Assembly: GCF_009914755.1 (NCBI RefSeq)
Contig: NC_060925.1
Origin: the human T2T-CHM13v2.0 reference genome, Homo sapiens
Length of the DNA: 64,000 nucleotides
Reading direction: 5' to 3' (one strand)
This document shows positions 42,905 through 57,643 of the stretch, piece after piece. Below the pieces are notes generated by a model. The model did not search any database. It was not told the origin of the DNA and was given only the letters and a program-made list of their open reading frames with translations. The first letter of the stretch is position 1, and every line of letters starts with the position of its first letter. A program made the translations under genes and the position numbers.

Positions 42905-43860
42905 AGTCTAAAAGGTTTATCAGTTTTGTTGATATTTTCAAAGAACCAGCTCTTTTCTATTTTGCGCTTCATTTATCTTTGTTATAATGTTTATTATTTT
43001 ATTCCTTCTGTTAGCTTCAGGTTTAGTTTGTTCTTCTTCTAGTTCCTCCAGATACAAAGTTAGGTTGTTTATTTGAGATTTTGCTTTTTTATACTGTAAA
43101 CAGTTGCAGCTATAATTTTCCCTCTCAGCACTGCTTTCCCTGCATTTAATAAGTTTTGATATGCTGTATTTTCACTTTCATTTGTCTAAGGTATTTTCTA
43201 ATTTCCTGTAACTTCTTGTCTGACTTATTGGTTTAATATTGTGTTGTTTAGTTTGCACATACTTGATCTTTTCAGTTTTCTTTCTGCTACTGATTTCTAA
43301 TTTCATTCCATTATGATCAGAAAAGATACTTTGTATAATTCCACTCTTAACGAAATTCACTAAGACTTGTTTTATGGCCTACCCTATGGCCTAGTCTCAA
43401 GAGTGTTTCATGGGCACTTGAGAATATATATTCTGCTTTTGTTTGGTGAAGTGTGCTGTATATATTTGCTATGTCTATTGGATCTATAGCATTGTTCAAA
43501 CTTTTTATTTACCTATTGATATGATGTCTAGTGTTCTATTCCTTATTGAAAATGGAATATTGAAGTCTCCTAATATTTTATATCTGTCTGTTTCTACTTT
43601 CAATTCTATCAATGTTTGCATTATATATTTAGGAGCTCTGTTATTTGGTGCATATATAATTGTTATATTTTCTTGGTGAATTGATTTTTATCATTATATA
43701 TTGTTTTTCGTTGTCTTCTGTAACAGTTTTTGACTGAAAGTCTATTTTATCTTGTATTGTTATAGTCACTGATGCTCTCTTTGGTCACAATTTTTTGTTT
43801 GAATAAAATATATTTTTCCATCTCTCACTTTTGTCTTACGTGTTTCCTATGATCCAAAGT
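42905..43860 (-). mobile_element. L1M ORF2 endonuclease-region fragment
   Basis: Minus-strand IIQSIFSDHNGMKLEI and SWFFENINKTDKP, the end of the L1 endonuclease domain and the linker. Confidence 0.88.
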
Positions 43861-44629
43861 ACATAACTTATAGAAATTATGTAATTGAATATAAGCATGT
43901 TCAATAAGCTTGCTTTCAATAGTTCCACTAGAACAATCAGTTTTTTGCAGAAATAACTGCAAAGCAATCTTTGCCTCAACATCTACCTTTGTTCAATGTC
44001 GAGAATTTGACCAAGATTCATTAATAGTGCTGTTTCTGTTATTTTAGCTATCACTATTACACTGCTACCACAGAAATCTATGCAGGTGTATAACAATGGC
44101 TTTTTTTTTTTTCATTAGATTCCCTACATAATTCATCCTTCAAGTGGTAATGTTTTAGAAAAATAGCTTAGGGAATGAATTATCTTTATTTACGCTATTA
44201 CTCTGGGTTTTTATAGGTCTATTTTGTTGGTTCTATCTCAGTTATAAAATTCACTTGAGTTTTCAAATGGTTTTACTTATCCACACTGAATTTTTATGAA
44301 ACAGGAGCATTTGTCAGAATTACCATAATCTGTAAATGTTTTCTCTCTCTCCCTCAACTTAGATATATTTTGATTCTATAACTTCTCTTGTTTAACACTA
44401 TAAATCATCTCAACTGAATATAAGATACACCCTTTTGATTTAGTCCTAATCTCCTGAGATTTGGTCATTTATTTATTTCTAGCTACTACTGGCTACACAA
44501 TCACATGCAAATCGTAGGGAAATTCTAAAGTATATCACAAGGGCTTTTTAGCAAAAACAAATCTACATATCTTAAATAAATAAAAGCTTTAATGTAAAAA
44601 ATGTTTGAATGCTGACTTCTCCAAGTACC

Positions 44630-45100
44630 ACTGACATAAACTGTTAATAACACAAGCCTTAATTTATTTGTTATTACAGTAAAAATGAGAAGACCACCTC
44701 TTTTAAGCTATAGCCATGTTCTAGAGGAGGGGCGGTAAGGTCAGAATTTATTAAGAAAGAATTTAAGATGAGTCTTTCAATGCAGGGATAGATTAAGAAT
44801 TGGTAAGAATTTCCTACCAAATGGTAAGGGTGAGTGGGAACAGCAGAGTGAGTTTTGAGGTGATATAATCCTATAACACAACTCTCTTAATGCTTTCCAT
44901 TGAAGAGCTGATGGATCTTTCAGAAAGTTCCTATAATGAAAAACCAAATCCTTTGCCTAGGCAGGAAACTCATGAAAAAGCAAAGTACTGTTAGAAAAGA
45001 CAGTGGAAAGGCAAAGCCATATTACTGTAGACAGTAGGTATTATTATTTGCAGTGTTCAGAATAAATGAGGGAGTAAATGATTTTAGTCCTCACAAAAAT
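44630..45100 (-). mobile_element. Old LTR-like fragment, family uncertain
   Basis: Antisense LTR-like layout (tttatt followed by a G-rich region with tttat). Confidence 0.3.
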
Positions 45101-45129
45101 GCTGTGTGCCTATCAAACTTATTTTGTTT

Positions 45130-45509
45130 TTCCCTTGCACACTAGCAATACAGACAAATTACAATTCTCGGCTTTCTCTCCAGTAAGGTAAGTCTCAGTA
45201 ATTAAGTTCTGGCCAATATAATGAGACAGAAATGTACACTGGCCTATAAAATATCTATTGTTCCTCATCTAGTGGCTGAATAAGAAGGCCTACTGCAACA
45301 TTTGGAGATATAAGTACAATGTGGCAGAGCTCTGAAATTGAAGAAGCTTGAATCCTTGAGTGAATGTATACAGCTCAGAGTTCCTACCTCTGCCCCACTC
45401 CCTCCCCTAACAATGCCACAACATCTGTCAATCACATATAGTATTCTGATACCAAAAAATAATATTTAATTACATTAAGTTGCTGAATTGGGGGATTTAT
45501 CTGATTTAC
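45130..45509 (+). mobile_element. MLT1-like MaLR LTR, interrupted by the MST element
   Basis: aattaagttctggccaat...gaagaagcttgaatccttgagtga...ttaagttgctgaattggggg. Confidence 0.55.
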
Positions 45510-45963
45510 TGTTATTGTTTGAATATGGTTTGTTTGTCCCACCAAAACTCATGTTGAAATTTGATTTTCAACATGATGGTGTTGCAAGGTGGGGACTAAG
45601 GAGAAGTGTTTGGATTATGAGGAATAATCCCTCATAAATAGCTTGGTGCTGTGTTCATAGTAGTAAGTGAGTTCTCACTCTCAAGACACTGAATAAATTC
45701 TCATGAGGATGGATTTTTTCTCTTGAGAAAGTAGGTCGTTATAAACCCAGAACATCCCTTAGGTTTTCCCCTCTTCATACGTGTTTATTTCTGCTTTGAC
45801 CTTTTCCATCATGTTTTGATGTAACATGAAAGTCCTCACCAGAAGACAGGGCGGTGCCTTTAAACCTCTCAGCTTGCAGAACTGTAAGTTAAATAAACAT
45901 CTTCTCTTTATAAATTACTTGATCTCAGGTATTCTTTTATGGCAACAAAAATGGAATAAGACT
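45510..45963 (+). mobile_element. MSTB-like MaLR solo LTR
   Basis: tttgtccccaccaaaactcatgttgaaattt...tctcaggtattcttttatggcaacaaaaatggaataagac. 5-bp TSD (t/c)ttac. Confidence 0.88.
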
Positions 45964-46009
45964 CTTACTCACCCTAACTTACTATGATCTTTGTATTAAA
46001 TTAAAATTC

Positions 46010-46467
46010 TTAAATTGGCTATAATTTTCTCCATAATCCAGCCTCTTCCCTCATTCTCGATAACTTCCCGGTTATTGTTCCTAGCTATTCTGAGAATATT
46101 TTTTGTTCATTTATTTTGTTGTTGTTGTTGTTGTTTTGTCTTGTTTTTACCTCAATAGCCTTGCCTTGGTCCTTTGACTGAAAGTCAATTTTTTCCTCTT
46201 CATTCGGCTATCAGAATTCAAATTATTGAATAGATCACAGTGTAAACTTTACCTCCTCAGAAAACATTTTTTCTGATCAAATCCATCTGCAGTCCAAAAT
46301 GTTAGATTTCTATCAGACCTTTTGTCATGCTGTAGTCTGTAGTCTTAAAAATAAGTAAATTTTAATAGTGTAATTTTTAATTAAACACATGCCTCACCCA
46401 CTAAAATGTGAATTGCATTAAGACAAGGACTAAATACATATTTATTATTGTTATATCCCCCAGAGCC
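46010..46467 (+). mobile_element. L2 3' fragment
   Basis: cccactaaaatgtgaattgcattaagacaaggact...tatatcccccagagcc. Confidence 0.6.
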
Positions 46468-47178
46468 TGTGACAACCGAAATTACTGACTGAGACAAAAA
46501 GTCTCAGCTAATCAAGGTTTATTAAGCCAACTTTAGGAAGTGTCTGGAAAAAACACAAGCCACAGACACATTCGAGGCTATTTTTCTGAAGAGGTTTTTC
46601 AGGAGATTTAGTATTTATTTATTTCCTTAAAGGTGGGGGAAGGCATATAGGAAGAGAGCAGGTAGGCAGTAAGGTGAATCAATACGTTTCTTAAATTGAG
46701 ACTTTAGTTAGTGCCCCCCAGTAAATCTACATTTTACATAACCTAACATGAATGTTTGAAGAGAAAAAAGGAGTAAAGAAAAATTCAGTTATGGAGATGT
46801 CTCCAGGTAGGTGGAGGAATGATTGGTCCATCTTGTCTTTGTTCTGCTCCTGGGAAGATAAGCTTGTAATGGACATCATCAGTGTGGAATAAAACAGACT
46901 CTAGTTTTAGGAGCTAGATTTACAGTGTAGACCTAAAGTTACAATTGTCAGGCCCTTGTCTATGAGAGGCCAGCAAAGAATTTATTTAGGAATGATCTGT
47001 GAGGGCAGTCCTTTGTAGATGCCCAAGGCCTTTTACCTTGACAGAATCTGGCTGACACATAATCCTAGTGACAGTTATTCATTTGGAGGAAGGCATTACA
47101 TGACTCAGCTTCCAAGCCTGACCTTCTCCTTTGCATAAGGAGTTTGGAGGTCCTGAGATTTTTTAACTTTCCTTTATA
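46468..47178 (-). mobile_element. MER4-group ERV1 solo LTR (MER39-like)
   Basis: About 710 bp. Minus-strand start aaaggaaagttaaaaaatctcaggacctccaaactccttatgc, AATAAA near 46520, ends ...gtcaca. Confidence 0.75.
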
Positions 47179-48599
47179 TCTACATAACAAATAATTTTGG
47201 AAGAAAGGAAGAAAACTGAAAGGCAGCTGTATGGCCAACTAGCTACTTATTCTACAACACTGAATATACCATTTTTCCATTCTACACTCATATTCTTATC
47301 ATTATCAATAAACTTCATTAAGATAAGAAAATTTATCCACATGATCTTAGTATCGCTCTCCAAATATCTGCCCTGAGAAATACACACATTTGCACACCCA
47401 GTTTGATCTGGTAATCTTATTATCAAAAATTTCTAATATCTTTGGTAATCATAAGTCTCATTTTGCCTCAAAAAATTCTTTATTTCTTTTGATAGGTATT
47501 AATAGCATTCTTTTCACTCCAAACAGTGGCCGGTTTTGATAAATTATATGCTCATTCTACTGAGGTTTGATTTATCATGTTACAGGTATTTTGAAAAAAT
47601 TATTATCTTCTATCAGCTATCTGATATAAACTATGCATTTAGAACCTGCAATGAGCCATAAAATACAGTGAATATATTATTAGCTGATGTAGTTAAGCCT
47701 TTGGAAAACATTATAAAAATGTCCAAGCCACATTATTATCAATCAGTTTCTTAAACCAATAATTATGAAGCATATATTTTAAAGAGTTGATAAAACTTCC
47801 CAAAGGACTAATTTACCCCTCAGTTCTGATATATATACTGAGAGGATATGGAACAACAATCATGATGACAATCAATCCAACGAAGAATTGAGCATTTGTT
47901 CTAATATTACTCCTTTGCTGATGTAAGACTTATCTCAAAACAATACATTTTCAAACGCAAATGTAACATGAAACACACAACCACTTCTACTTTAAATATC
48001 CCATTGTATTTCATAGATATAAAAGACAATCATAATGAAAAACCAAATGAGTATAACTGAATTTGGAAGGTTTTAGAATATCACAAAATTGGTATCCTAT
48101 ATCTAACAGTAAACAAAGCATATAATTAATACTTGAGTAAAGCTGTCATACTTTAAGAATTTTTGGGAAAGTGACCTGAATTCATAGGGATTCCAGTGAA
48201 ATGATTATATATGAGTATGCTTAAGGTTGAATTTTTAGATTTGCTTATTGTGTGTTTTTTCTTTTATTTGTTAACATATTTCACTAATCAAAAGTAAGTA
48301 TGTATATTTTATGTCCAATAGGTACAACACTATTGAAGATATAAAGAAGAATGCAATCCTATTCTCAAGTTATTGTCATTAAATAACATAGAAGAAAACC
48401 CATTAAATGTGTATAGGAAATATTGAGGAGGAGTAAGACTTAAAAGACATAAAATCTAGTTACAAGATCAATACCATAATTAAAGTAGGAGTTAGAAGAT
48501 TTTGCATAAGAGTGGTAATGTTAGAAACAACGGCAGAAACACATGGTTTCACATTCAGAGGAAAACTAGTAACAACTAGATGTAGGGGGTAATGCATTG

Positions 48600-49156
48600 T
48601 TGGCCAAAGTTCTATCAACATTCTACCTATACAAATGCCTAAGCTCACTGCCATTTGACTTTGTAGCTATTTCCATGAAGAAGTGGTGTCCCCTTTTCCA
48701 AATTAACTCTAGCATTAGCCATATGACTTATTTTGCCCACTATGACAATAACAAACTTGACACGAGTAAAAATTTGAGAAGTGCTTTCAAATTACCATTT
48801 TCTTTCCTGAATCACTGCAACCAACATGAAAACAAGCTCAAGCCAGCTTACTCTAGGATAAAAAATGGTAAGAAGCAAGGGTGAATGGTCCCAGTTAAGG
48901 CCATAATAAGCCAGTCAGCCCCTAGCCAAACTGTCGCCTTCTTGTAGCCACATGTGTGAGCCCATAACAGATCAGTCAAGCCTGACCCAAGGCAATAGAA
49001 CGATTCTGATGACCCACTCGCTCCCTACAAATAATAAATAGATGTTTTATGCCAGTGAGAATTTTGTGTGTGTGTGTGTGCATATGTGTGTGTGTGTGGT
49101 GTGCTGTGTGTGTGCATTTGTTTACAGTATTATTTTATCAATAGATAACTGATACA
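48600..49156 (+). mobile_element. MLT1-type MaLR LTR containing (TG)n at 49065-49115
   Basis: gccatatgacttattttgccc...gttttatgccagtgagaatttt...aatagataactgataca terminus. Confidence 0.75.
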
Positions 49157-52100
49157 TTGGGGAGGAGTCAAAGATAAATGAGAGGTTTTCACATTTGGTA
49201 AATATCGATAACTTCAATCTCTTTATTAGTTTATCCATAAATATTTTCTAACATGCAAGGAAATACACTGTTCATTATCTCTAGAATGTAAATACAATAT
49301 TAAAGTTGGATTAATGAATTTAAAGCCAGAATTTTGTTCTCGTAGTTTAAATGAGAGATCTATCATCACATAAACATTCTTTTTTTGAGAATAATTTTGT
49401 TTATTTATGACCTACTTGTAAAAAAAAAAAAGAATAATCAAGGAAATTTAACTTATTTCTGAAAATAATTTATTTTTATTAACTGGAATGTCATATGACA
49501 TCAATTATGTAGCTAAAATCATAGTCAAACAGGATGCCCCACGAATCCAAAGAATTTTGTCAATACAAATTTTTTAAAAAAGTAATTACCAAATGTTAAG
49601 CTCTGCAGTAGTATGGCTCTCTCAAGCAATTATATTTAAAATCATCAATAAAGATAAGAATTTTTTATGGAATGTGTTTTTAATTATGTATTATAAGTAA
49701 ATGGAGTTCTCAAAATAATAGTGTAAGAATCATAGCGTCTAAAAAATTATTTATGGGACAGAAGTATTTGGTACCTATTTTTGTTGTTGTTGTTCTATTT
49801 AGCAGTGAAATAATTCAGAGAAAACATTTTCTTATTTTCCAATCTATTTGTATGACTAGATATAGCATATACATCTTTGTAATTTAATAACCATTATAGG
49901 CCCCCATTTGGCCAATAAATTGTTTTGTGCTTAATTTCCACAACCGAATTCATAAAGTATTACAGTGTCATTCTTTGGCTGTTACGATGCTGAAGTATAA
50001 ATTGGGTATTGGGAGCATTGAGAAATATCAAATGTAATATAATTCCTTCATAATCAACATAGGTAACCTCTAACCTTAAGTATTAATCTTCTTTTATATT
50101 GTAATCTTACTCCTAGACCTAAAAACCCTGGTGGAAAGCAATTAACAAAATTCTAGACTAAAGATTAATAATCCTAACTTCCCTTTAATTTTATATACCT
50201 ATGGCAAAAGAAGAAGAATCCTGATACTTCAATTATTATTTCCCCAAAGATGGCATAATTAATTTTTATGTTAGCTCATGATATTTTAGACAATAATTTT
50301 TTTAAAAAATTACTGAGCCCTAGAAAGTTAAATAAATGGAAATAAAGGTCCTCTCCCACTATAGAAAAGTGTCGTTTCTTTCTTGCTCTTTCTTTTTGAA
50401 ACAATTTTATTTATTTGAATTTAACAATTTCAAATTTGTTTTAAATTTAGGTTTTCAGTTTTAAGAGGATTTGGAAACCTTTGGCTTAAAACGTAGTGGA
50501 TAGTGTTAGTAGATAAACTTTCTTCGCTTTGCACTTGGAGAAATTGTTAATAAAACTATGAAAGACTGAATATTAATGATGTCCCAAGTTATCAATGAAT
50601 GGATAGTCTATTCTAGATATTAGAATAGATTTATTATTAAAAAGTCTTTGAAAATTTGAGGAAATTTTATAATATATTGCTCTCCACTTGAGATTTTTAA
50701 AATAATATGGTTAGGACCCTGATTCAAATTAAGATCAGTTACTAGCATGAACAGATAAGAAATTTATGAAAAAGTAACCTTATCTACTCTCCAAAGATTA
50801 CTGGACTATGAGCTATGAAGCAAGACAACAACTATAACAGTTACACTGCACCCTGAAAAGTTTTCACTTAGGTACAATGTTTGAGTTGAAACTTCTGAGA
50901 AACCTGCCATGAAGGTTACATTATAGATTGAGAAAAAGTATGTTTGGATATTGTTATTATTAAAAATAATACTAAACAAAATGAAGGGCATTATATTTGC
51001 TATATTGTGCAAGCAAACAGAACACATAAAATTCAAAACACCTTCTAGGATAATTGACAGATTTGTTAATGTTCTCTCACCACATTCAACACATTCCAGC
51101 TCCTTGTAAAAAGTCAGTTCTCTTCCCCAGTGTAATTTGTGGTTCATTAACTTTCAGTTGGCTAGAAGTAAAAAATTACTGGAGGGTCAGGTAGGTTTAT
51201 ACCAGTTTAACAGAAACAATTATTAAGGAGGAATGGTCCTTAAGGATTTAAGTTTGTATTGTTCAGTAAACCTCCTTGAATTAACTTTCAGTGCAGTTTT
51301 AGAATGCACCACGTGTCTGTTGAAGGGGGAAAAATAAAGAAATATATTGATAAAAATGTTTTATGTGAAATCATAGAAACAACCAAATATTGTACCTGAA
51401 CCATTGCCATATTTTTACTTATTAATGACTTTCTATTTTCTTCCTGTAAATGTACCTCAGCCTCAAAATCCCAAGGCAGATAAAGTAGTTACAACAAGAG
51501 ATAACTAATTGTGCAAATTTTTTCCGTTGTTACATCAATAAAATCAAATTGTAATTTTGCCTCACAGTTAATAGAATGGTATTGAATAGATATATATGAT
51601 TACAGGCCTGATAATGTTTCGCACTTGATTTTCACACCTACGGCTTAGAGTGTTAATGTTGACTGCTGATAGTTAAAAGATAAATCAAAGTCAAATTATA
51701 GAAAAAGGGCAATGGAAGTACTGAATTCAATGAAGTTATAGCTGTGGGAGATAGGATCAAATGCAGCCTAGCTAAGATTTAAAGGTCAAATCTGTGTTGC
51801 TTCAGTTAAGATCCAGCTGTGAAAAGTGTGATGAATTAGTGGTGAACAAAGGAATAGGGTCTTTTCTTATTGTTGCATTTATCTCCTGGATTACATTGAT
51901 TGGCAGAAATACATAAGAGCAAAGGTTTCTGAAGCTTTCTCTTTTTTCCCTATTGACAAGAATGTGATAAGGAAGAGTAAGACCTCTGCACCTACAAGAG
52001 AACTGATAGGGACAAAAACAAAATTACCTAATTTTGATAAAACAAATCTTTCCAATGGTCTACAACAATTTAGACTTCAACAATTACTGAATTCTTTAAA

Positions 52101-52984
52101 ACAGTCATTTGACTATTGGCAAGTTCCACGTGAATATGTCAGTGATCAGCAGTGACAGTGTCAATGAATTAATGCAATCTAACTTTTTCTTTCTAGTTAC
52201 TAATTTGAACATATTAATAAGTATATAATTCAAGAAATAAGATTGTAAAAAGAAACTTTCTGTGAAAAAATAAAAACTATTTTGAAATTGAAATTTTAAT
52301 ATGATTCAATTAGGAAATCAATATTGACACAGAAGGTTAAGTTGATGATGTTCCTTCTTTTACATTAACAGATAACAATATTCAGTGAATAAATGCACTT
52401 AACTCACTAATGTGGTTAACTCATTTCTAGACCCCTTGAAACAAATGTTAACACCTCGGGGTACTTTAGTTAGAATTACTCTTGGTCAGATAGCTTTGAT
52501 AAGTGTGTTAACACATTGAATAAGTGGTTTAAAGAAGTAAAGCTTTGTTTGTTTTCCCTTTTCAAAGTTTCCCTTGGTTTGCTAGATAAGTTTACATAGC
52601 TGTACTCTGCCCAGGGAAGCTGGAGTTTGAAGGAAAGGCTTAGCAAAATAAGGTATAATAAGCACACTTAAAAACTGACTATAACAACGTCACTTTCTAT
52701 TATTGGATTAGCAGTTTGTTGCAATTATTCATACATATTACTACTACTAAAATTGGAAGCTATAAATGAGCAGTTTACATTTAGTCATTTAGCACTGCCC
52801 AATAAGAAAAATAAACCCAAAACTTGCAAATCACTCTTTTAGAAATAATAAAACAAAATAAAAACTTCAAGTTATAAAGAAAGTTAAAAGCCTGTTACCG
52901 AATATGTAAATTATCTTTTGTTTTCGACTCAGAATTTATGAAGTAATTGGATGTAATTGAAAGGTAGAGCTTATACTCAAACAA

Positions 52985-53220
52985 TAATTAATTTTTAAAA
53001 GTGCTTATTATATGCTAGACACTGAGCTATATTAGTCTCACAGCAAAGCTAAGAGTCTGATACTGTTATTATTGCCATATACAACTGGGATTGAGTAATT
53101 TATAAAAAGTCACATAACAAATACATGTTTGAGTTGTATTTGTTTTTCACGTTTGTCATTGCGCACGAGCTCTGTTTTGAACCTAGGTTGTTGGATTTCT
53201 TGATTCCTTGTCTCCATTAC
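52985..53220 (-). mobile_element. MIR
   Basis: gtgcttattatatgctagacactgagc...tttgaacctaggttg. Confidence 0.55.
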
Positions 53221-53449
53221 ACTGCAGAAAACTACCCTATACTAAGATACTAGCATTTGTTTGGTCTTTTAAATATTAAAGATGTTAAGAGTATAAAAAA
53301 CTTTTTTTGGCATTTGTCTTCTGTTCTACTCATATGGCAATATTACACTTGATCTTAGGCCAATAACTGAGAAGCAATATTGTAATAATAGTTTCATTGC
53401 AAATCAGCAATGAATTTAGATTATTACTGACAGTATTATTTCTTATATT

Positions 53450-53650
53450 ATCACACATTCATTTATTGAATAAAGATGTATTTAGCTTTCACTAGGTAAA
53501 ATTCTATCACCGTAATAAAATGTAGTCCACTTCTAGTACAAGATACAATAGTGAAAAAGACAGACACATTTCTTACCTTTGAGGAGTTAACACTGTATGG
53601 AAAATAGACCAAAAACAACGAAATAAAGAAACTTGCCTAGCAATCTGATA
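53450..53650 (-). mobile_element. L2 fragment
   Basis: cattcatttattgaataaa...gatacaatagtgaaaaagacagacacatttcttacc. Confidence 0.55.
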
Positions 53651-53759
53651 GAAAATGTTGATTTTATGCCAGCACATACAAAGATGCTCCATGTTTTCTC
53701 ATTCAGCACATTGAACCAAGGTCAACCCTTCTTTAGTTAATCTTCTATATAGCAATAGA

Positions 53760-53990
53760 TGCAATATAGTAGTAGTTAAGAATTGCAATTGGAGATAGTC
53801 CTCAGTTTATATCTGAGGTTCATTAGCACCTACTTATGAGCTTTACAGACTTGAAAAAATTACATAACCTCTTTAAACCTAAGTTTTCTCATTTGGATAA
53901 CATAAATCCAAAATTATCAGTTCCATAGGGTTAATGATGATGATAATATTAAGGATTTTAATAACTAAATTTAAATACTTAACACCATGA
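53760..53990 (+). mobile_element. MIR
   Basis: atagtagtagttaagaat...acataacctctttaaacctaagttttctcatt. Confidence 0.65.
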
Positions 53991-56044
53991 AACACTTAAA
54001 TTTTTCTCCTTTATATTAAACTTTTTCATTACATTCAAATAATTTTTCTATCACTTGTGGTTGCTAGGCTTGTTCAAATAGCATTTAATATGCAATTATT
54101 GTATGTCATGCTCTGTACTATGCACTGGAGATAAAGCTGAAAAAATAATAGTAGGGGAAAGAGAGATGTGAAACAAACAATTTCAGTATAATGTAGTAAT
54201 TTGCTTTCTTAATACAGAAAATGAAATAATTATGTTTTTCTCATTCTTTTCTAGGATCCCACATATAATAGTAATCAACTAGTAACTTGAACTAACTGAT
54301 TCTTGTAAAAAAAAAAAACAAAAACAAAAACAAAAAGCAGCCAGGTCTTAGTAAGAGAAATGATCTCTGTACAAATACATTAACTGGAAGGCAGGCTATA
54401 TTGAGCTATATCCAGAATATAAAATGATTCAATTAAATAAATATTTTGCTCAGAAAAAAATTTTTAAGAAAAGTTTCTGGCTATGTAGATAGGTTCCAAG
54501 TCTGTATTTTATCAAAATATTTAAGTTAGAAACACATCAGCATTTTTACTCTTGAGGTGTTTGGAAGACCTCAAAAGAAGACAATGCCCAACAATGAAAT
54601 GTACCCTTGATATTTAATTGTTCATGAGAAAGAAAGACCATTATGGCTAAAAGGCTTCTTGCCTTTTTTATACATAGATACTTTTAAATAGCAAAAAAAT
54701 GAATACTTCAAAATCTGAGCTTATTGCTTAAATTCTTTCTCAGCTTTTATTTTGAGGTTTGCAGGATATGAAAAATATGAGAATGACTTCTTTAGATCAA
54801 ATTTCTTCCTGTTTAATACATTTATCAGATATCACAGGCAGTTTTTAGCACTAGAACCTCAAAATTATAGTAAATATATTGTATAACAATAGAAAAGAAG
54901 TTGCATTATGTTTTCATCATGTTAATCAACATTTCTTACCTAGATAATTCTTTTGGTTCTACTATTTCTTATTCGAACATATGTCATGTTAGTTGACTAA
55001 AAATTATTTTATTATGTCAAAATACATGAATTTTATGAATCTAATAGCTTGCATTTATTTTTTAAGGTACAAAGAGCTGCAATATAATATAAGGCCATGG
55101 ATGAAATAAAACTATGAGAATAAGTGTGCAGTTTAGATCATTATATATAGCTAAGGGCATGCTTTAAAGCTACATTAGGAAATAAAGAATGATCCCAATT
55201 TTTTCACAAGGACAATAAATAAACTGAAAAGCAATCCAGATCACATATTTTGAATGTATTAGTTAATTAATACTGCCATTGTGTATAAACAGGAGCACTT
55301 CAACACATTGAGCTTCATACAATATAGCTTCACGTTCCTTTTTCTGATATGGACTTATTTCTTAAGTTTAAATGGACTGAGTCCCTTAAATCTAAGTGGG
55401 TGGTAGTAGTTTTTGTCTAATTTACATTTGAAAGGCACATTTTCATTTCAAGTCTAAGTGGTTAGATTCTACTCACAGTATTAATTAAATACTTGTTGGG
55501 TAGAGCGTGAATATTGAAATTTTCAATAGCGGGAAAAATGACACCAACACCACCGAGCATATCCTTGAATCTGAAGATTGACAGTTCACTGAATTTTGAT
55601 CCAAATTATCCCTACCTGTGCAGGGGTATCAAGAGGTTAGTAAGAGGTTTAGGTTTCTGGGGAAGAACAGAATTCGGAGCAAGGGACTATTAAATTAAAG
55701 AGCATACCCTCTTAAATCTAAATGAAAAATAAGAGTTAAGATAAATGCCAAACCAGAATGAGTGTGGCAAGTTGAATTTGGAAAAAAGAAATTTAAAAAT
55801 TCATGGCTGGAGAATCAAAGTGGAAATATGTTAGGATCAAATCAGTTTGGGAATTAGGTGCCACTAAATTTTGAGATTATCTTCAAATACATTTGAATAT
55901 ATTTGTTTAGATCTATAATTTCTTATGCTTATAGGGCAGGTAGAGATTTTGAACCATTTTTCATTTCCAGGTAATAATAGCTATTCTTGGTGCCCTATTT
56001 TCTGTTAATGACACTGTCACCTTGATGTGGATTCGTAGTCTTCA

Positions 56045-57110
56045 AGTCATTCATTCATTTTAATAACAATATATGGTGTCCTATGTGTCAAAACTATTTT
56101 AGGTTAGGGTTACTGTGCTGAACAAAAAAGACAATGTCACTGTCTTTATAGTTTCTCCATTCATAATGGGAAGACAAAGAAAGCAAGTTAAATATATAAA
56201 TAGGCAACAGTAAGTGCTATGAAGAAGAATAAAGGAAAGTAAAAGAGTAACTGAGGTCTTGTATTTCAAGAAGGAGATAAGTAATCAGGAAGAACCTTTC
56301 TGAGGAGGTGGAAATTGAGAAAAAATTGGAATCCAATTAGAAAGCCAGTCATGTGAAGATCTAGAGAATGAGTGTTCAATTCGTGTTATGTAATATGTGT
56401 TGGTCTTCAATAAATCTTTCAGATGTTTTTGTCATCTTTCAAACACACTTCATTCAATCCATTCTGCACACCTCTGATGAATGAATTGCACTAAAACACA
56501 TCTCTGATTGTGTCGCTCACCTGCTCAAAAGCTCTCAGGGCTCCTCATTGCCTGAAGAGGGAAGTCAAAGTCATCTTAACTGGTGCTTGTGGCTTCTGTG
56601 ATCCATCATCAACACCAATTCTGCCCTTCTTTTCTATTCTGACCCTTCACATGGGTTCACAGCCACAAAGGGTTATTGACCACTTCTCAATATCTCCCTT
56701 TTTCTTACTTTTGTAGAATTTTCATAGCTTTTCCTCCACAAATCAAAATAACAAAACTTATCTAAGGTTTAGTTCAAATGCCTTTTATTTTATGAAACTC
56801 ACAGATACTCAAAGTAGTGAATAGTCTCTTTGTTCCCTGAACTCTGTCATTTTATATCTGCCTTATTGCTTTTATCATATAAAAGAAGAGAAAGTATCTT
56901 AGCATTTTTTATAGTAAGAGAGAGTGAATAACTCTGTAAAGTTAATTTACTTAATAATCTCTTTGGCATTGTTTGTATATTTGTCTTCATCTCCAAACTG
57001 GATTATGAGTGTGTCAAAGAGTATATAAGAGTTATCATGCTATCTATCAGGTACTGAACATCCACTGGGTGGTGGCGAAAATCATAGGCATAACTTAGAT
57101 TTATTGAAAT
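56045..57110. mobile_element. Two L2 fragments in opposite orientation (minus ~56045-56380, plus ~56400-57110)
   Basis: cattcattcatttt...ctgtgctgaacaaaaaagac, then ctcacctgctcaaaagctctcagggctcctcattgcc. Confidence 0.6.
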
Positions 57111-57643
57111 CAAAGAGGTTCTGATTTTCTGGCTTATATTGGGGCATATGGTAAGTGGGTGTATATAAATTATGTGGAGGATAGCAACATGGCTATTCTC
57201 TCAGTGTCCAGGGCACTGAGCCTCTGGCTTAGAGAAGCATACTTTCTTCACTGATATGTGCAAGTGGGATATAGGTTTCATATAATGTGGGAATTATGGT
57301 TCAAGCGACAAGAATGATCCCAAATTTGGAAATCAATTAAACAATTTAACATATACTTTGGGGCAATTACATAAATTATTATCTTCATAGCATGAAAGTT
57401 TGTTGTGGCCAGGAATATCATAAATAAAAATCATAAAATAAATCATTAAGTATACTGCTGTTCCTGCTAATGGAGACAGCAGCATTTGTTCATACCAAGA
57501 ATTATCTCTAGTTCAAGATTGCCTGAATTTGAATTTTACCTTTTATGACTTACTAACTTCATGATTTTAGGTAGGTTATTTAATCAGTTTTCTTCAGTTA
57601 CTGTATCTATAAAAGATAATAATAGTACTTATTATTAAGCACT

